A stretch of DNA of 13,583 bases, taken from the IMG/VR virus record IMGVR_UViG_3300033892_000026, positions 1 through 13,583 of that record. One strand, given 5' to 3'. Positions 1 to 6,952 of the stretch are shown here, piece after piece (the first letter of the stretch is position 1; every line of letters starts with the position of its first letter). The translations under genes and the position numbers were made by a program. Under the pieces are notes generated by a model. It was not told the DNA's origin, searched no databases, and was given only the letters and a program-made list of their open reading frames with translations.

Positions 1-16
1 AAGAGGAGTGAAAGAA

Positions 17-745
17 ATGGACAGGGATGAGCTTAAACAAATTATTCAAAACCTTCCAGATAACTCACCTAAACTTTTAGAGTATTTGAAAGAGGCAAGG
101 GAGAAGGGATGGGCTGACGTTGTTGACATGATTGCAATAAAGCTGGGGCTGAAGGAAGAGAAGAAAAAAGGAAAGAGAGAGGAGAGCGAGTTACTTAGGA
201 AGATTCTGAAACCCTTGGGCAAAAAGAAGATAGAACACACGTGGGATTACTCGGTGGATTTCACCGAAGCCAGGAAAGTACTTACATCTGCCTACAAACA
301 GCTGTATGATATGAATCTCATGCCCTACGAGGCGTACGTCGCTATCCTCCTCATACAACTAACAAACGGATCTAGAATCAAAGAAGCGATAAGGGCGTTT
401 AAGACGTTCGTAGAGTCAGGGCAAAGAGAGTTCCAGTTACAGGCTGAGAAGCACGGTAACACAAGGTTTTTCATCATCCATGACGTCATCAGGAACAGGC
501 TAGCGTATAAATCGATACTGACAATCTCGGACGACAAACTAGAAGCGAGGATAAGGATGTTCGCACTGAAGTACCTGAAATGTAACACACATTCGTTACG
601 TTACGCACTGATCTCCTTCCTTGCAAAAAATGCCACAGACCCTGCAATCATCGCGAAGATAACAGGTCACAAAAAATTGAACAGGATAATACAGTACACA
701 CAGACAAAGGACGCCATCGATATTTTGCGTAAGCTTTCTTCCTAG
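17..745 (+). CDS. int: Tyrosine recombinase / integrase (small, about 242 aa)
   Basis: The catalytic set is visible in order: R (NGSRIKEA), K (AEKHG), HxxR (THSLRY), H (ITGHK), Y (IQYT). GAGGAG at 3-8 favours ATG at 17 over GTG at 8. Size is similar to the ~240-aa integrases of ATV-like viruses (recalled). Confidence 0.92.
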   Translation: MDRDELKQIIQNLPDNSPKLLEYLKEAREKGWADVVDMIAIKLGLKEEKKKGKREESELLRKILKPLGKKKIEHTWDYSVDFTEARKVLTSAYKQLYDMNLMPYEAYVAILLIQLTNGSRIKEAIRAFKTFVESGQREFQLQAEKHGNTRFFIIHDVIRNRLAYKSILTISDDKLEARIRMFALKYLKCNTHSLRYALISFLAKNATDPAIIAKITGHKKLNRIIQYTQTKDAIDILRKLSS

Positions 746-799
746 CTATCCTGACTAATTTTTTAAGCAAATAATTCATATTATATAATAGGTGAAAAG

Positions 800-1009
800 A
801 TGGTGGAACTAAAGTTACGATGGAGAATTAAGACAACGAAGAAAAATGGTAAAGTATATCCTATATATTATATTTCAGTGCCAGGAAGGTCGGCTATTTT
901 TCTGTTGGATTATGAGCCATACCTAGACCCGGTAAACAAGGTAATCGTTTTTAAACCTAAACAAAACACCCAACAGAACAGTACCCAAAATCAACCCCAA
1001 AGTCAATAA
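800..1009 (+). CDS. Small basic protein, probable AbrB/SpoVT/MazE-like swapped-hairpin DNA-binding protein
   Basis: RBS AGGTGA at 790-795. The pattern K..NGK.Y.IYYISVP...KVIVFKP resembles archaeal AbrB-like proteins (YYITIP ... IVLKP). C-terminal tail is Q/N-rich. Confidence 0.6.
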   Translation: MVELKLRWRIKTTKKNGKVYPIYYISVPGRSAIFLLDYEPYLDPVNKVIVFKPKQNTQQNSTQNQPQSQ

Positions 1010-1024
1010 TTCTTTTCTTTTTTT
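1010..1024 (+). terminator. Oligo-T archaeal terminator
   Basis: TTCTTTTCTTTTTTT directly after the stop codon at 1009. Confidence 0.65.
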
Positions 1025-1037
1025 CCTTCTCTCTTTT

Positions 1038-1049
1038 TAACAGCTGTTT
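1038..1049. promoter_or_regulatory. Palindromic site (1-mismatch copy, TAACA-GC-TGTTT)
   Basis: Same position relative to terminator and promoter as the exact copy at 1348-1359. Confidence 0.7.
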
Positions 1050-1075
1050 TAAGATGCTCGGCTCGTAGTTCCCGT

Positions 1076-1105
1076 CTAACTTGTTGTGCAGAAATTTTAA
1101 ATACC
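1076..1105 (+). promoter_or_regulatory. Conserved 30-bp promoter block, copy 1 (CTAAC box, BRE, TATA)
   Basis: CTAACTTGTTGTGCAGAAATTTTAAATACC aligns without gaps to 1397-1426 and 1773-1802. TATA lies about 25 nt before ATG 1129 (leaderless geometry). Confidence 0.85.
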
Positions 1106-1128
1106 ACTCCTTCCAATAATTAAGTACA

Positions 1129-1314
1129 ATGAACCCAGACGAAGTGATGGTCAAAAAAATAATAGACATTTTAGAAAAAGATTTAAATCAGTTACAACAA
1201 ACCCTGCAACAAATATCAAAGAAAAATTTAGACAGAAACACGCTAGATGAAGCATATTTTTTGTCTCAAGAAATCCAAATGTATCTGTACAAGTTATTCA
1301 CTTTCGCAACCTAA
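1129..1314 (+). CDS. Hypothetical 61-aa helical protein (cassette gene 1)
   Basis: Has its own promoter and terminator; amphipathic helical pattern. Confidence 0.75.
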   Translation: MNPDEVMVKKIIDILEKDLNQLQQTLQQISKKNLDRNTLDEAYFLSQEIQMYLYKLFTFAT

Positions 1315-1331
1315 AAGTCAACCCGTTTTTT
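1315..1331 (+). terminator. Conserved terminator AAG(T/C)CAACCCG-Tn, copy 1
   Basis: AAGTCAACCCGTTTTTT directly after the stop; near-identical to 1681-1703. Confidence 0.75.
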
Positions 1332-1342
1332 ATTCACTTCTC

Positions 1343-1364
1343 CTCTCAAACAGCTGTTTTAGAG
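1343..1364. promoter_or_regulatory. Palindromic site CTCTCAAACA-GC-TGTTTTAGAG
   Basis: 10-bp arms with 1 mismatch; exact AAACA-NN-TGTTT core at 1348-1359. Confidence 0.8.
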
Positions 1365-1396
1365 TTTCATTGGATGCCAAGCCCGTTAGCTTCAGC

Positions 1397-1426
1397 CTAA
1401 CAAGTTGAGTAGAAAATTTAAATACC
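1397..1426 (+). promoter_or_regulatory. Conserved 30-bp promoter block, copy 2
   Basis: CTAACAAGTTGAGTAGAAAATTTAAATACC, followed by RBS GAGGAGG at 1447-1453. Confidence 0.85.
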
Positions 1427-1460
1427 AGTCTTAACATAATAGTAATGAGGAGGAATAAAA

Positions 1461-1676
1461 ATGATAGAGGTAGAAGTTAAGAAAAAAGAAGATATAGTAC
1501 AATTTGTAATTAATTCAAACGAAGAATTTATAAGAAGTGGTATAGTGGAAATTCCTAAAAAAGAATTTGACGAATGTATCAAGATTAAAGAAGAAGAACT
1601 AGGTTATGAATCCTCTTCTGCAGAAAGAGAAGCAATTTTCAATTATATCTTTTACAAAAAGTGTACCCTAACATAG
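1461..1676 (+). CDS. Hypothetical 71-aa Glu/Lys-rich protein (cassette gene 2)
   Basis: Strong RBS, own promoter and terminator; very AT-rich coding sequence. Confidence 0.8.
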   Translation: MIEVEVKKKEDIVQFVINSNEEFIRSGIVEIPKKEFDECIKIKEEELGYESSSAEREAIFNYIFYKKCTLT

Positions 1677-1680
1677 ACGC

Positions 1681-1703
1681 AAGCCAACCCGTTTTTTTTT
1701 TTT
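1681..1703 (+). terminator. Conserved terminator, copy 2
   Basis: AAGCCAACCCG followed by T12, starting 5 nt after the stop. Confidence 0.8.
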
Positions 1704-1772
1704 AATCCTTTCTTCTCTCAAGCAGTCGTTAAGACCTCCTTTCTTCCACACCATTCTCCCAACTCTTTTCCT

Positions 1773-1802
1773 CTAACCTTTTATGCAGAAAACTTAAATA
1801 TC
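1773..1802 (+). promoter_or_regulatory. Conserved 30-bp promoter block, copy 3
   Basis: CTAACCTTTTATGCAGAAAACTTAAATATC, preceded by a degenerate palindrome CTCTCAAGCA-GT-CGTTAAGA at 1715-1734. Confidence 0.8.
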
Positions 1803-1832
1803 TGAGTTAGTACACACATATAGTGAACAAAT

Positions 1833-2393
1833 ATGTCCTCTCCACAACCACAAGTTAAGTCAAATCCTAAGTCAGATCAAACTACTAATTCTACTCTAAC
1901 GTGGGAGGAGGTCTTACGGGCTACAAGAATAGATAAACAGCATATAGATTTTGCAATAGCACATATCGATACTGCACCAGTTATGCCGTATGAATTCATT
2001 TACAGCAAATATATCCCTTCGGATTTCAAAGTCTTCCATCCCGCTAGTGTTGCGGTTAGCGGGGCAGGAGGAGTGATAGGGTCTATTTTAGCTTTAAGAC
2101 ATGCCAGAGCAGTTAAGTACTTTGTAACAACCCAGGAAGTACTGAATTCCAACGACAAATCGCCATTGTTTCTAGCGAAGTATGCTTTAGAATTATTAGA
2201 GAAAAAATACAGAGATGTAGAAATAATTACAATAGACCTTGGTGAGTTCGAGAAAATAAAAATGCTGTTAAGTTATGGCGGGATATATATATCAGGGTTG
2301 CCTAATGAGATTATCGTTGAGATTGCCCAATTAGCGGGTTTTGGAAGATTATGGCATTTCTCGCCTATTCATCGAAAGTTCTACGTGTTCTAA
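1833..2393 (+). CDS. Hypothetical 186-aa alpha/beta protein (possible Rossmann/CARF-like fold)
   Basis: Long ORF under promoter copy 3. Disordered N-terminus followed by an alternating strand/helix pattern. The fold call is speculative. Confidence 0.8.
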   Translation: MSSPQPQVKSNPKSDQTTNSTLTWEEVLRATRIDKQHIDFAIAHIDTAPVMPYEFIYSKYIPSDFKVFHPASVAVSGAGGVIGSILALRHARAVKYFVTTQEVLNSNDKSPLFLAKYALELLEKKYRDVEIITIDLGEFEKIKMLLSYGGIYISGLPNEIIVEIAQLAGFGRLWHFSPIHRKFYVF

Positions 2394-2410
2394 ATTTCGA
2401 GGTGACAACA

Positions 2411-3163
2411 GTGAGCGAACAACAGTTTGAGAGCGAACAACAGTTTGAGCCAGAAATAAAAAAATTTAGGTGGTTGATTTCACAAGGTTATATAACTTCT
2501 ACGGAGTTAGCATTTTATTCTAACTTTTACAATATCGAGTTAACCACTATAGTCAGCTTCCAGGGACATGATGTATTAACTCCACTATTTATAGTAGCGA
2601 GACCAAGCAGATTTTATCAGATAAAGAGAGAATTAGCAGAAGCGGAAATAGCAGACCCGATTTCAAGAAAGTTCCCTGTTGTTTCCTTACTAAGTCTAGA
2701 AAAGTTTATCAATTCCCTAGTAAACATGAAAATACCCTACTTCTTCTTCTCATTATTTCTAGATAAATCTTATAATCTCCCACAAGAAGTTAACAGATTC
2801 TTATCAATTTTGATAGAGCTGGCAAACAGTTCAGGGAAGTACATCATAAAACCTTACAACATAAAAACAGAACCCCTACCGCTGAGCATAGAACCAGTGA
2901 AAGACGAGTTATATAAAGTAATTTGCCATTTCAGGAAGATGCTAGGGAATACAGTTGAGTGTAATGATGACGGGTGGTGGAAGTACAATCTTTGGGGCAA
3001 CAGAAATACTGCCAGTGTTGACAGAAAAATGATAGAGAAAATAGCACTACAATATAACATCTCGCCGATTTGCGTACAGTACGTTTTGGCATATAACAAA
3101 AACCCTTGCCACCTTTCATCGGATATCGTAAGTAAAATAAAATCCCATCTCTCTTCTTCTTAA
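2411..3163 (+). CDS. Hypothetical protein (about 250 aa)
   Basis: RBS GAGGTGA at 2399-2405 precedes an in-frame GTG at 2411, which removes the overlap implied by the 2351 start. T-run follows the stop. Confidence 0.8.
   Translation: MSEQQFESEQQFEPEIKKFRWLISQGYITSTELAFYSNFYNIELTTIVSFQGHDVLTPLFIVARPSRFYQIKRELAEAEIADPISRKFPVVSLLSLEKFINSLVNMKIPYFFFSLFLDKSYNLPQEVNRFLSILIELANSSGKYIIKPYNIKTEPLPLSIEPVKDELYKVICHFRKMLGNTVECNDDGWWKYNLWGNRNTASVDRKMIEKIALQYNISPICVQYVLAYNKNPCHLSSDIVSKIKSHLSSS
2414..2449 (+). repeat. Perfect 18-bp tandem duplication (encodes SEQQFE x2)
   Basis: AGCGAACAACAGTTTGAG at 2414-2431 and 2432-2449. Confidence 0.95.
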
Positions 3164-3175
3164 TTTTTTCTCTCC

Positions 3176-3697
3176 TTACGAAATGTTCGTATTCTGTTTT
3201 CTCTCCTTTTTCTTTATCTTTTTTGCATCTATCACTTCTATTACCCCTTCTTCTTCCAGATATTCTAGCACAACGTCACTATCATCTATCATTATGGCTT
3301 TATTCTGATCGTATTTTTCCATTAGCTCCTTTACGATAATTCTCTTAAATTCATGGTCTTTCCTGAAGTCCTTTTCGCCCCTCAGCACGACCTCGTTCGG
3401 CTCTATCCCTATCTCTGACAGTTGTTTGAGAGTTGCTTCGCGTTGTTTTTCCGAACGACCGCTGACTACTGCTATCACTTCTGGCTTTTCCTCCTCAATC
3501 AGCCGTTTGACAAACCTGATAACTTCCCACTTAGGTTCGTCCAGGTTCATGAACCTCGGTGATTGATAACATTCCCAAAACGCACGGTCGGGTTTCCAGG
3601 ATAATGTTTTCTTGTCTCCTCTGGATATCTTCTCGCATTCGTTCCACCTGGCAGAAGTATCGAAAAGCGTGCCGTCCATATCCAAGACCAGCATCAT
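3176..3697 (-). CDS. HAD-superfamily phosphatase, similar to the polynucleotide kinase 3'-phosphatase domain
   Basis: Motif I LDMDGT, motif II VVSGR, motif III RKDHEFK, motif IV IDDS. GGAGG RBS; ATGA overlap with the upstream gene. Confidence 0.88.
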   Translation of the reverse strand: MMLVLDMDGTLFDTSARWNECEKISRGDKKTLSWKPDRAFWECYQSPRFMNLDEPKWEVIRFVKRLIEEEKPEVIAVVSGRSEKQREATLKQLSEIGIEPNEVVLRGEKDFRKDHEFKRIIVKELMEKYDQNKAIMIDDSDVVLEYLEEEGVIEVIDAKKIKKKERKQNTNIS

Positions 3698-4275
3698 TTT
3701 CCTCCACTCCCTTGTGGTTCCTTAAAACCTAATATTGTTATTTTCCCGTTCTCTTCTTTGAACTCTAACTCCTTTCCCTTCCCCTCGACACTGTACACGA
3801 AGTAAAACGTTTTGAGACCTTTTTGGTCTCTTTCCCATGCTAATTTGCTACACTTCCCATCAAACCTAGTATTAAAGTAGTCTATCGCCTCCTGGTCGTT
3901 CTCTTCTTTTGCTATTTTTTCTAACGTTGCAGGGTCAAAAGGTTGATAGAATAAGTAGACCTTCTTATTGCCTTTTCCATCATCAAAAAAGAAGTATATT
4001 CCGTATTTGAACAGGTTAAGGTTTGATTGTACCATTATTTCACGGTGTTTCATGATATATTCGTTATCTGCAACGGCAGAAACATAAAGTGTATCGTGTC
4101 CGTCGCCTATGCCTATACATAGCAGGTTTGTATGTACGAACTTGTCGTTTTTGATCCTGTCTATTCTGACATAGAAAGAGACGTATGCTACGCCTATGGT
4201 CGGTGTATCTTGGGGCATAAAACCTTCGACACGCACTATGAAGTATTTGTCTATGTCGACTTTCGAGTTTACCAT
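3694..4275 (-). CDS. Hypothetical 193-aa beta-rich protein
   Basis: Minus-strand TATA (TTTTTAAAG, 4305-4297) lies about 22 nt upstream of the ATG; translationally coupled to the HAD gene. Confidence 0.8.
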   Translation of the reverse strand: MVNSKVDIDKYFIVRVEGFMPQDTPTIGVAYVSFYVRIDRIKNDKFVHTNLLCIGIGDGHDTLYVSAVADNEYIMKHREIMVQSNLNLFKYGIYFFFDDGKGNKKVYLFYQPFDPATLEKIAKEENDQEAIDYFNTRFDGKCSKLAWERDQKGLKTFYFVYSVEGKGKELEFKEENGKITILGFKEPQGSGGK

Positions 4276-4296
4276 GTTAGATTCTTCGCATGATAG

Positions 4297-4363
4297 CTTT
4301 AAAAAGTCGAATCACCTCTCAAACATCTGTTTAAGAGCAAATTCCTTCTGGCTGGTTTTTAAA
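4297..4363. promoter_or_regulatory. Divergent promoter with central palindrome CTCTCAAACA-TC-TGTTTAAGAG (4316-4337)
   Basis: Back-to-back TATA boxes (4297-4305 minus, 4356-4363 plus) flank a 22-bp palindrome with 1 mismatch. Confidence 0.8.
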
Positions 4364-4387
4364 CCTTTTCTGTGGAAAGTTAAAGAC

Positions 4388-4675
4388 ATGAAACCGGAGT
4401 GTAAAGTTCTGTTAAAAGCGTTTGAGATTCTTTCTACAGTCCAAAGCAAATACGATAATGATTTTCCTGAGATGTTATCGTACATATACCTTGTGGTGAA
4501 AGGGTACTGGAGAGTAAACGATAACGGAGAGACCGTGGAAGTGAAAAAACCACCGTTTTCGAGCATAGCCCTCCTTAACGCCATGAAGGAGATCACAAAA
4601 AGAGTCAGGAACGGTACCACAATTGAAGAAATCGTAAATGAAAAGGAACTCTGCGGTGATGTTGAGGAGATATGA
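4388..4675 (+). CDS. Hypothetical 95-aa protein
   Basis: Start moved from 4196 to ATG 4388, which is 25 nt after a TATA and avoids overlap with the divergent gene. ATGA coupling to the next gene. Confidence 0.75.
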   Translation: MKPECKVLLKAFEILSTVQSKYDNDFPEMLSYIYLVVKGYWRVNDNGETVEVKKPPFSSIALLNAMKEITKRVRNGTTIEEIVNEKELCGDVEEI

Positions 4676-5088
4676 CAGTAGCAAATTCAACTGTAATAAA
4701 TGCGTTACCTCCATTTTTTTACACTCAAGTCTTCCTTATTGACGTTGCAGGTGGGTTCGTTGTACTGACAATAATTGAGTTATTTCTGCTAAGAAACAGC
4801 AGTTTGACACACTTACGGCTCGCTCTGCCGTTCCTAACGTTTTCGATAGGCTTTACTCTTATTTCCCTATACCTTTCCCCTTACATAACGTATAACCCGG
4901 TATATACTACGCCGTACAACGTAACGTATAGAATTACGCCTTACAGTACCGACGGTGTCGTACTCCTATACATCAGTATCGCAGTCCTTGCCATGGCTAT
5001 AGCATACTTTGTTTATGCGTTTGCTGTTGACGTATTACACATTTCCTTTGGCGGTAGTAGTGATAATGACGGTTATTTCATACCTTAG
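4672..5088 (+). CDS. Membrane protein with about 3 transmembrane segments
   Basis: Three hydrophobic stretches; Tyr/Thr-rich loop containing an NVT sequon. Confidence 0.8.
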   Translation: MTVANSTVINALPPFFYTQVFLIDVAGGFVVLTIIELFLLRNSSLTHLRLALPFLTFSIGFTLISLYLSPYITYNPVYTTPYNVTYRITPYSTDGVVLLYISIAVLAMAIAYFVYAFAVDVLHISFGGSSDNDGYFIP

Positions 5089-5090
5089 GG

Positions 5091-5678
5091 GTGATACCAG
5101 TGTTACTGTTTAAGAAGAAGAAAAATACATCACCGGTCGTCTATAAGGATTATGACGCATTATTACTTTTGCCTCCAGCATTAGTCAAACTTGATAAAAA
5201 AACGCAGATAAGAGAAAACAACGGTGTACATGTGGCTATAATGTATTCTGAAACTAGCGGTATTTCCGTGATGATGGACTTACCCACGGATTTCTTGAAA
5301 TTATACTATAAGATGACCACACAGATAAACCAAGGAAACCCCAGTGACAGGATAGTCTATTTTGCAATGGTTTACATTTCTCCGCAACTGTATGCAGAAA
5401 AAAGAGCGAAAATACTGAAAATGGGTGCGAACGCTAAAAGGAAGTTTTTCGTCTACCCAAGGTGGATCTGGCTCATCTTAGAACGTTATAACGACACACT
5501 GAATTATTTCGTCATAAACAAATTTGAAGACGACGACCCTGGAAACTTCTCTAAGGAATTTGACACATTCGGTGCCGTTGGGCTTACCTACAATAATTAC
5601 TTCATTTTCGCCAGCGTTGCAAGGAAGGACTACATAGATTCAATAAATAAACGGAGATCCCTCGGTCTCTGGTGGTAA
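5091..5678 (+). CDS. Hypothetical 195-aa protein
   Basis: GTG start 2 nt after the previous stop; operon-like packing. Confidence 0.75.
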   Translation: MIPVLLFKKKKNTSPVVYKDYDALLLLPPALVKLDKKTQIRENNGVHVAIMYSETSGISVMMDLPTDFLKLYYKMTTQINQGNPSDRIVYFAMVYISPQLYAEKRAKILKMGANAKRKFFVYPRWIWLILERYNDTLNYFVINKFEDDDPGNFSKEFDTFGAVGLTYNNYFIFASVARKDYIDSINKRRSLGLWW

Positions 5679-5680
5679 TA

Positions 5681-6202
5681 ATGTCCCTCTCGCATTTACA
5701 ATCGCTCGTAGGGAAAAACGTGATATTATTCAACTACCTACGTAATGTATTCAAGAATAAGATATACAAAATAGCTGAAAATGAAAACGAATATATCCTC
5801 CATGTCGATATGGGAATACCCAGCAGGTTACAGCACAGGATTACTTACCCTGGGATTTACTTTGTCACAGACGTCATGATACAAGGTACTAACTATGCGA
5901 TTTATCTGAAAAAACAGGTCGACCTAAAGAAGTTTGCATTGGTAAGCTCCATAGCAACGTCTGAGTATTACATTTCATCATACCGTAAAATACAATACAA
6001 GACTGATAAAGGGTTCGTGTTCGACTCCTTAGAATTCGATATAGGTGGGTTTCACCACCTTGTGTTTAACTACAACAAATGTATTATAGCGAAAGTGAAA
6101 AAGTCAGGTCAGAGACGCATCGCCGTATGTCTAGGTGATAGTGTAGTTATAGATGATATAAACAATGTTACATGCAATGATGAGTGGTTTAGTGTAGAGT
6201 GA
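5681..6202 (+). CDS. Hypothetical beta-rich protein (about 173 aa)
   Basis: RBS GGTGG at 5671-5675 favours ATG 5681 over GTG 5672. Confidence 0.75.
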   Translation: MSLSHLQSLVGKNVILFNYLRNVFKNKIYKIAENENEYILHVDMGIPSRLQHRITYPGIYFVTDVMIQGTNYAIYLKKQVDLKKFALVSSIATSEYYISSYRKIQYKTDKGFVFDSLEFDIGGFHHLVFNYNKCIIAKVKKSGQRRIAVCLGDSVVIDDINNVTCNDEWFSVE

Positions 6203-6213
6203 GGTGGTAGACA

Positions 6214-6870
6214 ATGGCATATACTAAAAAACAAAACGAAGTCCCTACTCCTGAACAGTTCCAATTCATTGTCTATAAAGAGGTGTGTATGGGGGACAAA
6301 AGCCTTGTACATCCTACCATAGCCATAGAGAGGTTAAACACTATAATGCTTACCTATTACAGCGACGAGATAGAGGAACTGTGGAGGGAATTAGTTCTCA
6401 AAAGATATGAGAACGCCACGTCTGAGGACGAACTAAGGCAGATTCTGCAAATTGGCTGTGACCTCATGTTTATCGTAATGAACGCGTCTGGCGAAGATGT
6501 CAAGTCGTTAGTAACGAAAATACTGAACAACACAAGGAAAAAACATCTGTTTTATGTCAACGAGGAAGGACTAGTTGCTGAAAGTTCGTATCTCATAGAC
6601 GTGCTGACAAGGTTTGTGAACCCCAACGGGTTCGATGTGTTGACTGTTTTAAGCATACTAAAGGACGTGCAAATTAGGACGGCTACTATGATTAGCAGTA
6701 TTAAGGGGACGTCACTGTATCAGTCGCTTATAAGTGAACTAGGCATTGATGAAAATACTATTGAGAAAAAATGCACGGCGAAGTACTATAGGGAATGCGT
6801 AACTGAGAAGAAAACGCAGTTGCTGAAAGCGTTACAGTTTATCAGGATGAACATAAATATTCCGCGTTAG
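6214..6870 (+). CDS. Hypothetical 218-aa all-alpha protein (weak MazG-like pattern)
   Basis: RBS GAGGTGG at 6201-6207; helical composition. Confidence 0.8.
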   Translation: MAYTKKQNEVPTPEQFQFIVYKEVCMGDKSLVHPTIAIERLNTIMLTYYSDEIEELWRELVLKRYENATSEDELRQILQIGCDLMFIVMNASGEDVKSLVTKILNNTRKKHLFYVNEEGLVAESSYLIDVLTRFVNPNGFDVLTVLSILKDVQIRTATMISSIKGTSLYQSLISELGIDENTIEKKCTAKYYRECVTEKKTQLLKALQFIRMNINIPR

Positions 6871-6909
6871 AACTAACCTAAAAAAGAATTTATAAAAAAT
6901 GGGGGTTAA

Positions 6910-6952
6910 GGGGACGGAAAGCCTCGCCCTTCCAAGGCGGGGAGGAGGTCAG
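6910..6952 (+). mobile_element. 43-bp IS200/IS605-family remnant (single hairpin; probable left-end/right-end fusion scar)
   Basis: GC-rich island in AT-rich DNA: GGGGACGGAAAG-CCTCGCC-CTTCCAA-GGCGGGG-AGGAGGTCAG. It follows TTAA (6906-6909) and ends in TCAG, resembling the subterminal hairpins of Sulfolobales IS605-type elements (recalled). Clean removal restores a TAA stop and adjacent terminator for the neighbouring gene. Confidence 0.75.

Noticed and set aside
1-800. attP or tRNA fragment near the integrase
   Set aside because: No tRNA-like sequence or direct repeat is visible in this window.
1343-1364. Palindrome as a classical attC or tyrosine-recombinase core site
   Set aside because: The spacer is only 2 bp (these recombinases use 6-8 bp), there are no GTTRRRY R-box pairs, and the integrase lacks an obvious IntI-specific insertion. 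A protein-binding operator fits better.
1445-1480. 11-codon upstream ORF (MRRNKNDRGRS) near the predicted TSS
   Set aside because: Its ATG probably lies at or upstream of the TSS and overlaps the RBS of the 71-aa gene; no independent support.
1010-1802. CRISPR or mini-CRISPR array interpretation of the repeats
   Set aside because: The repeats are about 320-380 bp apart, degenerate, contain BRE/TATA and are separated by ORFs rather than 35-45 bp spacers.
2870-3090. Resemblance of the 250-aa protein C-terminus to AGOG/HhH glycosylases or an HTH (IEKIALQYNISPICVQYVL)
   Set aside because: Catalytic residues are not identifiable; similarity is too weak without a profile search.
4196-4387. N-terminal extension of ORF 4196..4675
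   Set aside because: It overlaps the opposite-strand gene and the divergent promoter; ATG 4388 fits the TATA spacing.
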